Source: Myxococcota bacterium
GTDB lineage: Bacteria > Myxococcota_A > UBA796 > CAJQPC01
Assembly (NCBI GenBank): GCA_036012755.1
Contig: DASCPX010000016.1
Coordinates: 1-64,000 of the forward strand
Direction: 5' to 3'
DNA length: 64,000 nt
A program made the position numbers and the translations under genes. Shown piece after piece: positions 1 to 9,833 of this stretch (positions are counted from its first letter, which is position 1; each line of letters begins with the position of its first letter). The notes under the pieces were generated by a model. The model ran no database searches and was not told where the DNA came from. It saw only the letters and a list, made by a program, of their open reading frames with translations.

Positions 1-166
1 CGCAGGACTCGACTGGGTTGTTCTCGTCCCCGTGGCCGTCGCCGTCGGTGTCCATGTACCAGGTCGTCGACTCGCAGCCCGTGTCCTCGGGCACCGAGCT
101 GTCGATCGGCTCGGTCTCGTCAGGGAGATCGACCGATCCGCGGGTGCAGGAGAGGAGGAGGAGCAT
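1..166 (-). CDS. Lipoprotein with WYxDxDGDGxG putative metal-binding (MopE-like) repeat; runs off the left edge
   Basis: Hand translation from ATG 166: MLLLLSC-TRGSVDLPDETEP...TTWYMDTDGDGHGD; not in the ORF track. Confidence 0.75.
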   Translation of the reverse strand, partial: MLLLLSCTRGSVDLPDETEPIDSSVPEDTGCESTTWYMDTDGDGHGDENNPVESC

Positions 167-215
167 GCGAAGCCACACGATACAGGCTTCCAGGGCTCAT
201 CGGATAGACGGTCTC

Positions 216-1475
216 ATGTCCCGTTCTTCAGATCTCCTCGAAGCCAGCCGCCTCGTCATCCCTGGCGGCGTCAACTCGCCTGTGCGCGCCTTCTCCGCCG
301 TCGAGGGCGACCCACCCTTCATCGCTCGCGGCGAAGGAGTCCGCATCCACGACGAGGACGGCAACAGCTACTACGATCTCGTCGGCAGCTGGGGGCCGCT
401 GATCCTCGGCCATGCCCACCCGAAGGTGGTGGCCGCGGTGGCAGCCGCCCTCGCGAAGGGGGCCTCCTTCGGCGCCCCCACCAAGGGGGAGCTCCACTTC
501 GCCCAGGCCCTCGTCGAGCGCGTGCCCGGCATCGACATGGTCCGCCTCTGCTCCAGCGGGACGGAGGCGACCATGCACGCGCTCCGGTTGGCTCGGGGCT
601 TCACCGGCCGCGACGCCATCATCAAGATCGACGGCTGCTACCACGGGGCCCACGACACCGTGCTCGTCAGCGCCGGGAGCGGCGTCGCCACCTACGCGAA
701 GCCCGGCTCCCCCGGCATCATCGCTCCCGCCACCCTCACCGCTCCTTTCAACGACCTGCCCGCCATCGAGGCCCAGCTCTCGACGCACGCCCTCGCCGCC
801 GTCATCGTCGAGCCGGTCCCGGGCAACATGGGCTGCATCCCCCCCGACGAGGGCTACCTCCAGGGCCTCCGCGAGCTCTGCACATCTCACGGGGCCCTGT
901 TGATCTTCGACGAGGTCATGACCGGCTTTCGGCTGGCCCGCGGCGGCGCCCAGGAGCACTTCGGTGTCACCGCCGACGTCGTCTGCATGGGCAAGATCGT
1001 CGGCGGCGGCCTGCCCCTGGCGGCCTTCGGCGCCCGCCGGGAGATCATGGAGAACCTCAGCCCGCTGGGCCCGGTCTACCAGGCCGGAACGCTCTCCGGA
1101 AACCCCCTCGCAGTCGCGGCCGGCCTCGCCACGCTCGCGGAGCTCACGGACGAGGCCTACCAGCACCTCGACGACATCGCCCGCGGCCTCCACGAGCGCC
1201 TCCTCCCCCACATCGAGGAGCACAGCCTGTCCATGAGCCGGGTCGGCACGATGCTCACGGTCTTCTTCCGGTCAGAGGCCCCGAAGAACTTCGAGCAGGT
1301 GAAGGAGTGCGATCTCGCCGCCTTCGGCCGCTTCCATCGGGCCTGCCTCGATGCTGGCGTCTACCTACCGTGCAGCCAGTTCGAGGCGGTCTTTCTGCCC
1401 CTCGGACTTGGACAATCGGACCTCGACGAGATCGCTGGCGCCATGGGAGCCGCGATGGGTGTGGCGAGGGCCTGA
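216..1475 (+). CDS. hemL: Glutamate-1-semialdehyde 2,1-aminomutase
   Basis: IPGGVNSPVRAF, SGTEATM, FDEVMTGFR, GKIVGGGLP (PLP Lys), QAGTLSGNP; ATG 216 preferred over TTG 18. Confidence 0.97.
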   Translation: MSRSSDLLEASRLVIPGGVNSPVRAFSAVEGDPPFIARGEGVRIHDEDGNSYYDLVGSWGPLILGHAHPKVVAAVAAALAKGASFGAPTKGELHFAQALVERVPGIDMVRLCSSGTEATMHALRLARGFTGRDAIIKIDGCYHGAHDTVLVSAGSGVATYAKPGSPGIIAPATLTAPFNDLPAIEAQLSTHALAAVIVEPVPGNMGCIPPDEGYLQGLRELCTSHGALLIFDEVMTGFRLARGGAQEHFGVTADVVCMGKIVGGGLPLAAFGARREIMENLSPLGPVYQAGTLSGNPLAVAAGLATLAELTDEAYQHLDDIARGLHERLLPHIEEHSLSMSRVGTMLTVFFRSEAPKNFEQVKECDLAAFGRFHRACLDAGVYLPCSQFEAVFLPLGLGQSDLDEIAGAMGAAMGVARA

Positions 1476-1530
1476 GGATCCCGTTAGCTGGGGCGCCCTC
1501 GAAGGGGTCCCCCCGAAAGGCCACACGGTG

Positions 1531-1905
1531 ATGATCAGCACCCGCTCCCTGCTGAAGGACAGCCTGCTCGCAGCGGGACTGTTGGCAGGTGCGTGCGGGC
1601 TCTTCGGTGGCTGGATGTGGCTCCTGGCGGCCCTCGGCGGGGCAGCGCTGACCGTCGGAGGACTCGCCCTCACCGGCAAGGTCACCGAGCGAGCCCTGGA
1701 GAAGCAGGTCGACGGCGAGGGCGGCGGTGTCGCGCTCGTCTTCGGTCTGGTCCTCAAGATGATCGTCGCCGCCGGTCTGCTGCTGGCACTGCTCCAGGTG
1801 CTGCCGGCCCTCCCGCTGCTCGTCGGCGCTCTCTCAGTCGTGCTCGGCATTGCCGCGCGCAGCGTCGTGAGCAGCTTCTTCTCCCCCACCGGGGCTCGGA
1901 CCTGA
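1531..1905 (+). CDS. atpI: ATP synthase protein I-like membrane protein
   Basis: About 124 aa, roughly 4 TM segments with an LVLK motif, directly upstream of atpB. Confidence 0.7.
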   Translation: MISTRSLLKDSLLAAGLLAGACGLFGGWMWLLAALGGAALTVGGLALTGKVTERALEKQVDGEGGGVALVFGLVLKMIVAAGLLLALLQVLPALPLLVGALSVVLGIAARSVVSSFFSPTGART

Positions 1906-1906
1906 G

Positions 1907-2701
1907 ATGTACCACTACTCCTGGTTCTGGATGATTCCCGGCGTCGAGCACGGCGCCCCCCTCGACGGCGTGCACACCAGCCTCGAGGCCGCCGGTGCCC
2001 CCGCATGGACCATGAGCCACGGCGAGCTCGCCAACTTCCACGCCGTCCCCGCCGCCTGGGCGGTGGTCATCGGCGTGACGGTGCTGGCCTTCCTCGCCCG
2101 GCAGGGCATCGCCTCAGCCCGCGCCCAGGGCGGCACCGCCCAGTACGTGCCCGCCGCCAACCTCGGCCCGCGCAACCTCATGGAGCTCATCGTCGAGGCG
2201 CTCCTGAACTTCATGGAGCAGGTGCTCCACAGCCGCGCCGCCGCGGTGAAGTACCTGCCGCTGGTCGGCACGATCTTCATCTACATCCTGTTCTCGAACC
2301 TGATGGGCCTGATCCCCGGCTTCCTGCCGCCGACCGCCGCCATGTCCAACAACATGGCCATCGCGGTCGCCGTCTTCATCGTCTTCAACTGGGCCGGCCT
2401 CAAGGAGCACGGCCTCTGGGGCTACATCAAGACCCTCGGCGGCCCGGTGCCCTTCATGGCGCCCTTCATCTTCCTGGTCGAGACCTTCTCGCTCTTCATC
2501 CGGCCGCTGACCCTGTCGCTGCGGCTGGCGATCAACATGTTCGCGGACCACCTGCTGCTGGGTGTCTTCACCGACCTGATCGCTTTCATCGTCCCCTCCC
2601 TGTTGGTCGGGCTGGGCACTTTCGTCGCCTTCGTCCAGGCCTTCGTCTTCATGCTCCTGACTGTCGTCTACATCTCGCTGGCGACCAGTCACGACCACTA
2701 G
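1907..2701 (+). CDS. atpB: F0F1 ATP synthase subunit a
   Basis: NLMGLIPG, RPLTLSLRLAINMFADH (essential Arg), QAFVFMLL. Confidence 0.97.
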   Translation: MYHYSWFWMIPGVEHGAPLDGVHTSLEAAGAPAWTMSHGELANFHAVPAAWAVVIGVTVLAFLARQGIASARAQGGTAQYVPAANLGPRNLMELIVEALLNFMEQVLHSRAAAVKYLPLVGTIFIYILFSNLMGLIPGFLPPTAAMSNNMAIAVAVFIVFNWAGLKEHGLWGYIKTLGGPVPFMAPFIFLVETFSLFIRPLTLSLRLAINMFADHLLLGVFTDLIAFIVPSLLVGLGTFVAFVQAFVFMLLTVVYISLATSHDH

Positions 2702-2758
2702 TTGTTCAAGCTCTCATCTGTCTTTTCGCGTCTCGCTGACGTTGCCATGGAGTCCAAA

Positions 2759-3091
2759 ATGCAGTCCTGGGTCAAGTACCTGACTCTCGCCGCCTCGGCG
2801 GTCATCCTCTTCGCCATCCCCGACCTGTCCTGGGCACAGGATCACGCCGCCGCCGCTGGCGACGCTCGCTGGGGCATGGGTCTCGGCGCCGGCATGGCCA
2901 TGGGCTTCGCGGTCCTCGGCGCTGGCATCGGCCAGGGCAAGGCCGCGGCAGCAGCCCTCGAGGGCTCCGCACGCAACCCGCAGATGGCCGGCAAGCTCCA
3001 GACCATGATGATCATCGGCCTCGTCTTCATCGAGACCCTGGTGCTCTTCACCCTGGCCTTCCCCTTCGTCATCAACGGCGGTATCTCCTAG
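2759..3091 (+). CDS. atpE: F0F1 ATP synthase subunit c with N-terminal signal-like extension
   Basis: GAGIGQG, ARNP loop, FIET (ion-binding Glu); GGAG SD upstream of ATG 2759, alternative ATG 2747. Confidence 0.95.
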   Translation: MQSWVKYLTLAASAVILFAIPDLSWAQDHAAAAGDARWGMGLGAGMAMGFAVLGAGIGQGKAAAAALEGSARNPQMAGKLQTMMIIGLVFIETLVLFTLAFPFVINGGIS

Positions 3092-3117
3092 AGAACCCGC
3101 AGTCCGACGCAGCCCAT

Positions 3118-3156
3118 CGGGGCCCCCGGGGAAACCCGGCGGGCCCCGTCGTGTTT
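3118..3156 (+). terminator. Probable intrinsic terminator after atpE
   Basis: CGGGGCCC-CCGGG-GAAA-CCCGG-c-GGGCCCCG hairpin followed by TCGTGTTT. Confidence 0.7.
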
Positions 3157-3184
3157 GCACCGTTAGCCACACTTGGAGGTCCAG

Positions 3185-4003
3185 ATGCTCTTCCTGCTGC
3201 TGTCATGCGGTGACAAGAACGCCGAACCCGCCCCACCCCCGGTCGGCTGGCACATCGAGGAGGGCTGGACGGCCCCGTGCTGGCACCCACCGGACTTCGA
3301 CAAGCTCGAGTCCACAGACGGAATCAGCGGACGCCGCATGGCCCGCCAGGAGAGCCTGGAGGCGATGACCAGCCAGTGGCTCGGCAGCCGGGACGACGGC
3401 GTGAGCTTCGCCGCCGGCACCGTCGAGGACGTCGAGACCGTGCTCCTGGGCCGCCCGGCGCAGATCGAGGCGCTCTCTCGCAAGAACCTGGAGCTGTGCA
3501 AGCAGACGATGGGCGCTGCCGCCGGGACAGGGGCGTGGAACACCTGGCTCCGCAGCGTGCCGGATGCACTCACCGCCGGCGAGTGCATGCTGCCCTTCAC
3601 CTACACGATGTTCGACTACCTCGACAACGGCACCGGCTGGCACATGAACCTCCCGGTCTGTGCTGGCGACATCGTCATCATCGAGGCCACCACCATGGAC
3701 CGCTACCGGATCTCCGATGGCGGCGAGTGGATCAACGCAGAGGGCATCTCCGGGACCACCGGGGTCGCCACCGACCTCCCCTGTGACCTGGAGCTCTGCG
3801 CAGAGGGCATGCTCATCGGGCGCTTCGTCAGCGAGGACGGCTACGAGGACATCTTCCCGATCGGCACGAGCACCGCCTACAAGCCGACCGCTCACGGGAC
3901 GATCTCGGTCACGATCAACGACAACACCTACTACGACAACACCTGGTACACCTCCGGCGGCATCACGGACCGCACCGGCATCACCTTCTCCCCCGGCGAC
4001 TGA
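3185..4003 (+). CDS. Lipoprotein with C-terminal LecA/PA-IL-like beta-sandwich
   Basis: MLFLLLSC lipobox; GW...V.AGDIVIIEA...LIGRF...IG...GTISVTINDNTYYDN pattern. Confidence 0.6.
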   Translation: MLFLLLSCGDKNAEPAPPPVGWHIEEGWTAPCWHPPDFDKLESTDGISGRRMARQESLEAMTSQWLGSRDDGVSFAAGTVEDVETVLLGRPAQIEALSRKNLELCKQTMGAAAGTGAWNTWLRSVPDALTAGECMLPFTYTMFDYLDNGTGWHMNLPVCAGDIVIIEATTMDRYRISDGGEWINAEGISGTTGVATDLPCDLELCAEGMLIGRFVSEDGYEDIFPIGTSTAYKPTAHGTISVTINDNTYYDNTWYTSGGITDRTGITFSPGD

Positions 4004-4046
4004 GGCGCCTGCGGCCAGCGTGCCCCGGTTGAAGTAGAGTTCCGCG

Positions 4047-5048
4047 GTGGCCAGACGACGCGCCAGTATCGGACGGCGAATAGCCTTCGCGCTGATCGCG
4101 GTGGTCCTGTTCTTCGGGATCAGCGAGCTCAGCCTGCGCGCGCTCGGCATCCCAGAGATGGACGCCGGAGCCCCGTTCGCCCACGCCACGGTCTACTGGC
4201 AGTACACGCCAGAGTTGGTCGACGAGCCGACCTCCCATCGCGAGCTCAACGGCGCCTTTCCAGTCAGCAGCGACGAGAACGGACTGCGCCCACCACACCA
4301 CGGCGTCAAAAAGTCCCCGGACGTCCAGCGGATCATGGCGATGGGCTGCTCCACGACCTTCGGCTGGGGCGTGGACGACGAGTCGACCTATCCCTACCAG
4401 CTGGAGCAGATCCTCCACGACCGGGGCTACTCCAAGGTCGAGGTCATCAACGGCGGACAGCCCGGCTACACGACCTTCCAGGGCCTCTGGCTGTGGGACA
4501 AGGTGCTGAAGGACTACAAGCCCGACCTGGTGCTGCTGGGGTTCATCGTGCAGGACGCCCGCAAGGCGGCGTACTCGGATCTCTCGCAGGCCCTGATGCA
4601 GGGCGAGGCGGACTTCCTCAAGGCCAACGTCCTCTACTCGTGGAGCACCTACCTCCTCATGATGGAGATGACCGGGAAGGTGCGCGTCCGCACCAAGGAG
4701 CGCAGCCAGACCGAGCCGAGCGACGGCGTCTACCGCGTGGGGATCGAGGACTACCTCGACAACCTCCGAGCCCTCCGCGCGGGCATCGAGGCCGCCGGCG
4801 GGCAGGCTGCCCACATGGGCTACCCGCTCGAGGTCGTCGGCTACACCGAGACCCACCGCAACGTCCTGCGTCTCGAGGCGCAGGCCGCGGGCATCCCCCA
4901 CTTCGACCCCTCGGACACGCTGGCGGGTGAGTCCAAGAAGCGCGACCTCTACTTCCCCCAGGACAAGGGACACGCCAACGCCGACGGCAACCGCCTCGTC
5001 GCGGAGCTCATCGCGGACTGGCTGATCGACGAAGGACTCCTGAAATGA
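4047..5048 (+). CDS. Membrane-anchored SGNH/GDSL hydrolase
   Basis: N-terminal TM; GCSTTFGWG, NGGQPGY, DKGHAN blocks. Confidence 0.85.
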   Translation: MARRRASIGRRIAFALIAVVLFFGISELSLRALGIPEMDAGAPFAHATVYWQYTPELVDEPTSHRELNGAFPVSSDENGLRPPHHGVKKSPDVQRIMAMGCSTTFGWGVDDESTYPYQLEQILHDRGYSKVEVINGGQPGYTTFQGLWLWDKVLKDYKPDLVLLGFIVQDARKAAYSDLSQALMQGEADFLKANVLYSWSTYLLMMEMTGKVRVRTKERSQTEPSDGVYRVGIEDYLDNLRALRAGIEAAGGQAAHMGYPLEVVGYTETHRNVLRLEAQAAGIPHFDPSDTLAGESKKRDLYFPQDKGHANADGNRLVAELIADWLIDEGLLK

Positions 5049-5767
5049 GTGACAAGCGTGACTGCTGCCTGGTGCTGCTCGTCCTGAACGAGATCGATGG
5101 ACTCAGGGACTGCTGGGACGAGATCCCCGTGGACGACTTCCGCGAGGTCGTCGCCGTCGACGGAGGGAGCACCGACGGGACTCGGGAGTTCCTGTCCGAG
5201 CGGAACATCCCCATCCTCGACCAGAACATCCCCGGGCGCGGAGTCGCCTTCCGGGTCGCCGCGGACGCCAGTCAGGCCGAGCGCATGGTCTTCTACAGCC
5301 CGGACGGCAACGAAGACCCCGCCGACATCGCGCGGCTCGACGATCTGCTGCTGCAGGGCGCGCGCCTGGCCATCGCGAGCCGCTTCGCCAGGGACTCCGT
5401 GAACGAGGAGGACGTCGGGATCTTCCGTCCGCGCTCCTGGGTGAACCAAGCCCTGACCCGCATCGCGAATGTCTGCTTCAACGACAGCGGGCTCTTCGTC
5501 ACCGACACGATCAACGGCTTCCGCGCGATCCGGAGAGAGGACCTGTTGGAGCTGCAGACCACCGTGAAGCGCTTCCCGATCGAGTACCAGATGTCGATCC
5601 GGACGATGCAGCGGGGCTGGTCGATCGCAGAGCTGGCGACCATCGAGGGCCAACGCGCCGGCGGCGAGTCGAAGGCGCTCTCGTGGCCCGTCGGAAAGGA
5701 CCACCTGAAGGTCCTCTTCTCGGAGATCCACCGCTCTCGCTGGTTCAGGGGTGACGTTCGCGCCTAG
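5045..5767 (+). CDS. Glycosyltransferase family 2 (DPM1-like)
   Basis: LNE, VDGGSTDGT, PDG, ASRF, DTINGFRAIRR; ATGA overlap with the upstream gene. Confidence 0.9.
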   Translation: MSDKRDCCLVLLVLNEIDGLRDCWDEIPVDDFREVVAVDGGSTDGTREFLSERNIPILDQNIPGRGVAFRVAADASQAERMVFYSPDGNEDPADIARLDDLLLQGARLAIASRFARDSVNEEDVGIFRPRSWVNQALTRIANVCFNDSGLFVTDTINGFRAIRREDLLELQTTVKRFPIEYQMSIRTMQRGWSIAELATIEGQRAGGESKALSWPVGKDHLKVLFSEIHRSRWFRGDVRA

Positions 5768-5919
5768 CGAGCACTGTTCTGCGGCGCGGGTCGACAACGA
5801 TCGATTACCGTCGCCGAACCGCATGAACGGCGCGCCCGCGGGGTTGGTCGCTCGGCCCGGCCCCAGATCGACTGGATCCATGGGTCCTGGTGCGGGCGAA
5901 ACAACCCGGAGAGACCCCC

Positions 5920-6550
5920 ATGCGTCCCGTCGACCTGGTCGTCGGCATCGCCAGCTACGACAACCTCGCCATCGCGCTCGACAAGGAATGGGGACGACCT
6001 CGCCCTCCCCGGAGCTCCGAACGACGCCCATCGGATCGCGGCCTGCTGCGCTCGCCTCGGCGCCGCACCTGGGGACTTCCTCCTGCTCACCGAGCACGTG
6101 ACGGCGAACGCGCTCCGCGATGGACTGCGCTGGCTGGCGGATCGCATGGCCGAGGAGGGCACGACCGGGCTGTTCCACTTCTCCGGTCACGGCCTGCGGA
6201 GCGGTCGCAAGGGCTGGGCCCTGGTGCCCTCCGACGTGGGCAAGGACGGCCTCTGGAACGCCGTGACGCTGGCCGAGGTCAGGGTGCTGTTGGACGAGAT
6301 CGCGCCGCGTCGCGACCTCACGGTGCTGCTGGATGCCTGCGCGGACGACGATCTCGACCTGGCGGCGCTGCTCCCCGACGACGCGGTGCTGTACCTCGGC
6401 ACGAAGAAGACCCCCGAGCTGAACCTGGGCGGCACCCGCCACGGCGCCCTGTCCTGGGCGGTCTCGACCGTGCTCGAGCGCTGGACCTGGGAGCAGCAGG
6501 GGCCCTCTGCCCCGCGAGCGGCGATCGGCGCCGCCGGACTCCTCGAGGCG
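5920..6550 (+). pseudogene. Metacaspase (peptidase C14) pseudogene
   Basis: MRPVDLVVGIASY, then a frame change near 5995 to LPGAPNDA...FHFSGHG...LLDAC; the 3' end runs into a convergent kinase fragment; end approximate. Confidence 0.75.
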
Positions 6551-6956
6551 CAAGCGCCCATGACCCCGGAGTGGGCCTCGTCGATGAGTGCCCGCAGGGT
6601 GCGCCCCTCGATCAGCGGCATCGTGAACCAGGGACGACCGTCCTCCAGCGTGCCTATATCGATGATGCCGACGACAGCGGGGTGATCCAGGCGCGCCAGG
6701 GTCCGCGCCTCTCTCTCGAAGCGACCCTCGCCGACTCCAACGCGACCTCCCAACAGGATCTTGGCGGCGAGCACGCGCTCGAGCCGCTTGTCCCGAACCC
6801 TCCAGACCTCGCCCATGCCCCCGCCGCGATGAACCCGAGGGCCTCGTAGCGATCGGGGAAGATCGGCCATGTCCGGACCGGATCATCCGACGAGGCCGAA
6901 TCGATCGTGGCCCGAGTCTCCTCGAAGTCGTCCGGGGGTGTACGATTCGAGCCCAC
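6550..6956 (-). pseudogene. Ser/Thr protein kinase, N-lobe fragment
   Basis: DRYEALGFIAAG / GMGEVWRV split at C5 run 6818-6822; AAKIL, FEREAR, LDHP, FTMPLIEG; no HRD or DFG. Confidence 0.85.
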
Positions 6957-6962
6957 AGGGGA

Positions 6963-7656
6963 ATGGTAGCGGAGACCCCCATCGCCAGGCTGAAGCAAAG
7001 CGGGGACGGACGCCCCTTCGTCGACGGCAAGGCGGTACCCGAGAAGGAGAGCGTGCGCCACCGCGACCGGCCCGCAGGGGCGCATCGCTGCCCGCGCCGG
7101 GGTCCTCGTGATCGAGCACGGCGACGAGGCCGTCTCCATCTGGAACGACGCCGGAGCCTGGTGGCTCGAGGACCAGGACGCGGACCGTCGCAAGCTGAGC
7201 GACGAGGCGCTCGTAGTCGGCGGTCAGGAGTTCACGCTGGACCTGCCGCGCTTCATGGGCCGGACGGTGGACGCCCGCGTCGTGGCAGTGCAGGACGTCG
7301 TCTTCCGCTTCAAGGTCCCGGCCGCCGAGGAGGGCATCCAGCTCGACATCGTGCACGCCGGGCGCGTCCTGGCCGGAACGGATCGTCCCTTCACCGAGCT
7401 GGTCTACCGGCTGGCGGAGATCTGGCTGGCGGACACGGGGCTGGCCGAGCGCGAGCGCGGCTGGATCGTCACCGACGACGCCATTCGAATGCTCGGCTAC
7501 TCCGATCGGCAGCACCTGAACGTCGCGGTGCACCGCGTCCGCGCGCTTCTCGGCTAAGCCAACGTGCGGCGCGGCCAGGCGGTGATCGAGAGGGACATCC
7601 GGACCCGCTCGCTGCGCTTCGGAGGGCGGCGAATCGAAATCGTCCGGCTGCGATGA
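6963..7656 (+). pseudogene. Remnant of a myxobacterial-type FHA/winged-helix-like regulator
   Basis: ARL..G..|FVDG suggests a deleted FHA core; frame change before 7108; in-frame TAA 7555-7557 inside LNVAVHRVRALLG*ANV...IER...RSLRFG. Confidence 0.6.
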
Positions 7657-7669
7657 CTATGATCGGGCC

Positions 7670-8899
7670 ATGGCACGCTTGGATGAGATCCACCGCCTGG
7701 TAGAGGCCGAGATGGCCGGGCTCCCAGTCGAGACCCATGACTGCAGCGAGGGACTGCCCCTTCAGGCGGTCGGCTTCGGCGCGGCGGAGGTCAACGCGGC
7801 CATCGACTGCATGGTCACGACCTGGGTCACGATGGGCCGCCGAGTCCGGGCCTTCGAGGCCCAGTGGGCAGAGTACTGCCGCGCCTCACACGGCATCATG
7901 TGCAACTCGGGAAGCTCCGCGAACCTGCTGATGCTCGCGGCGCTGCTCGAGACCGGGCGGCTCCAGCGCGGTGACGAGGTCCTCGTCCCCGCGGTCGGCT
8001 GGTCGACCAGCCTGTTCCCGATCGCACAGGTGGGCCTTGTCCCCGTCCTCGTGGACATCGACGACACCTTGTGCATCGACGTCGCGGCGGCCGCCCGCGC
8101 CATGGGCCCCCGCACGAAAGCCGCCCTGCCGGTACACCTACTGGGCCAACCCGCCGACGTGGTCGGGCTGGAAGCGCTCGGCCTGCTCGTCGCCGAGGAC
8201 GCCTGCGCCGCTCCGGGCGCGGAGCGTGACGGCCGGCGAGCGGGCTCGATGGGCGTCGCGGGCACCTTCTCCTTCTTCTACAGCCACCACCTCACCACCG
8301 TGGAGGGCGGCATCGTCGTCTGCCGAGACGAGGAGCTCGCGAACGCCGCGCGCTCCTGTCGCGCCCATGGGTGGGTCCGGGAGCGCACCGACAAGGCCGA
8401 CCTCGTCGCAGCCAGCCCCGAGATCGACGAGCGCTTCCTCTTCGTCAGCGCGGGCTGGAACCTCCGCCCCACGGAGATGGCCGGCGCGATGGGTTCGGAG
8501 CAACTCAAGCGCCTCCCCGCATGGATCGAGCGCCGCCGGCAGAACCACGCCGACTGGTGCGAGCTGCTCGCCGAGACCAACGGCGTCAGGGTCTTCCCGG
8601 AGCCGGCCGGCCATGTCCACACGGCCTTCGCGTTCCCCCTGCTGCTCGAGGGGACCCTCGACCGCGCCAGCGTGATGGCGCACCTCGAGTCCCGGGGCAT
8701 CCAGACCCGTCCCATCTCCGGCTCCAACCTCGCTCGCCAGCCCGCATTCGAGCGGGTGCCCGGCGCCCGCGTAGCAGGCAGCCTGGAGATGGCAGATCGC
8801 ATCCACACCCACGGGCTGTTCGTCGGAAGCAGCCACGCCTTCGGTCGGGGGCACGGACTGCTCTTGCGCGAAGCCCTCGAGGAGGCCATCAATGGCTGA
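7670..8899 (+). CDS. colD: GDP-4-keto-6-deoxy-D-mannose 3-dehydratase-like (DegT family, His in place of the PLP Lys)
   Basis: NSGSSANLL, GTFSFFYSHHLTTVEGG, RAHGW, GWNLRPTEM. Confidence 0.8.
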   Translation: MARLDEIHRLVEAEMAGLPVETHDCSEGLPLQAVGFGAAEVNAAIDCMVTTWVTMGRRVRAFEAQWAEYCRASHGIMCNSGSSANLLMLAALLETGRLQRGDEVLVPAVGWSTSLFPIAQVGLVPVLVDIDDTLCIDVAAAARAMGPRTKAALPVHLLGQPADVVGLEALGLLVAEDACAAPGAERDGRRAGSMGVAGTFSFFYSHHLTTVEGGIVVCRDEELANAARSCRAHGWVRERTDKADLVAASPEIDERFLFVSAGWNLRPTEMAGAMGSEQLKRLPAWIERRRQNHADWCELLAETNGVRVFPEPAGHVHTAFAFPLLLEGTLDRASVMAHLESRGIQTRPISGSNLARQPAFERVPGARVAGSLEMADRIHTHGLFVGSSHAFGRGHGLLLREALEEAING

Positions 8900-9821
8900 C
8901 ATCCTGATCACCGGCGGAGCCGGTTTCTACGGCAGCATCGTGACCCGCAGGCTCCTCGCCTCTGGGCACAAGGTCCACGTGGTGGACAACCTGATGTACG
9001 GCCCGCTGCCGCTGATGGAGCTGTTCATCAACCCGAACTACACCTTCACCAAGGGTGACGTGCTCGATCGCGAGCTCATGAAGCGCCTCGCAGACGGCAA
9101 GGACTTCGTCGTCCACCTCGCGGCGCTGGTCGGCTACCCCCTGTGCAAGAAGCTCCCAGACCGGGCTCGCCTGGTCAACGTGGGCGGCGCCAGCTCGGTC
9201 ATCGCGGCCCTCGACCCGAAGACCCGGCTCATCTACGCCTCGACCGGCAGCAACTACGGCGAGGTCGAGGGCGTCTGCACCGAAGAGACGCCTCTGAACC
9301 CGCTGTCCCTCTACGGTGAGACCAAGACGGAAGCCGAGTACCTCTGCATGGGCCGGGGCAACTGCGTGTCCTACCGCTTCGCGACCGCTTTTGGCCTGTC
9401 ACCGCGCCTGCGCCTGGACCTGATGATCAACGACTTCACCAGCCAGGCCCTCGTGAACCGCTACCTCGTGGTCTACGAGAAGCACTTCCGCAGGACCTTC
9501 ATTCACATCCAGGACATGGCCCGCTGCGTCGAGCACACGGTCGACAACTGGGACGTGATGAAGAACAACGTCTACAACGTGGGCGACGACTCGATGAACT
9601 TCACGAAGGAGGACATCGTCATGAAGCTGCGGGAGAAGCTCGACTTCATGGTGCACTTCGCCGCCATCGGCGAGGACGCCGACAAGCGCGACTACGAGGT
9701 CAGCTACGAGAAGATCCGCACGGTCGGCTTCCGCACCGTCATCGACATGGAGCAGGGCATGGACGAGCTCATCGCCGGCCTGTCGCTGCTCGAGTTCCGC
9801 AAGCCCTACTCCAACGTCTAG
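8892..9821 (+). CDS. NAD-dependent NDP-sugar epimerase/dehydratase (extended SDR)
   Basis: TGGAGFYG, HLAALVG, YGETK (YxxxK). Confidence 0.92.
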   Translation: MADILITGGAGFYGSIVTRRLLASGHKVHVVDNLMYGPLPLMELFINPNYTFTKGDVLDRELMKRLADGKDFVVHLAALVGYPLCKKLPDRARLVNVGGASSVIAALDPKTRLIYASTGSNYGEVEGVCTEETPLNPLSLYGETKTEAEYLCMGRGNCVSYRFATAFGLSPRLRLDLMINDFTSQALVNRYLVVYEKHFRRTFIHIQDMARCVEHTVDNWDVMKNNVYNVGDDSMNFTKEDIVMKLREKLDFMVHFAAIGEDADKRDYEVSYEKIRTVGFRTVIDMEQGMDELIAGLSLLEFRKPYSNV

Positions 9822-9833
9822 CGAGGAGAGGCC

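Noticed and set aside
1489..1524. GC-rich hairpins between hemL and atpI as a riboswitch or ncRNA
   Set aside because: Short, imperfect and without a recognisable family motif
1531..3091. Incomplete ATP synthase operon
   Set aside because: A separate atpI-B-E unit is normal in delta-proteobacterial and myxobacterial genomes
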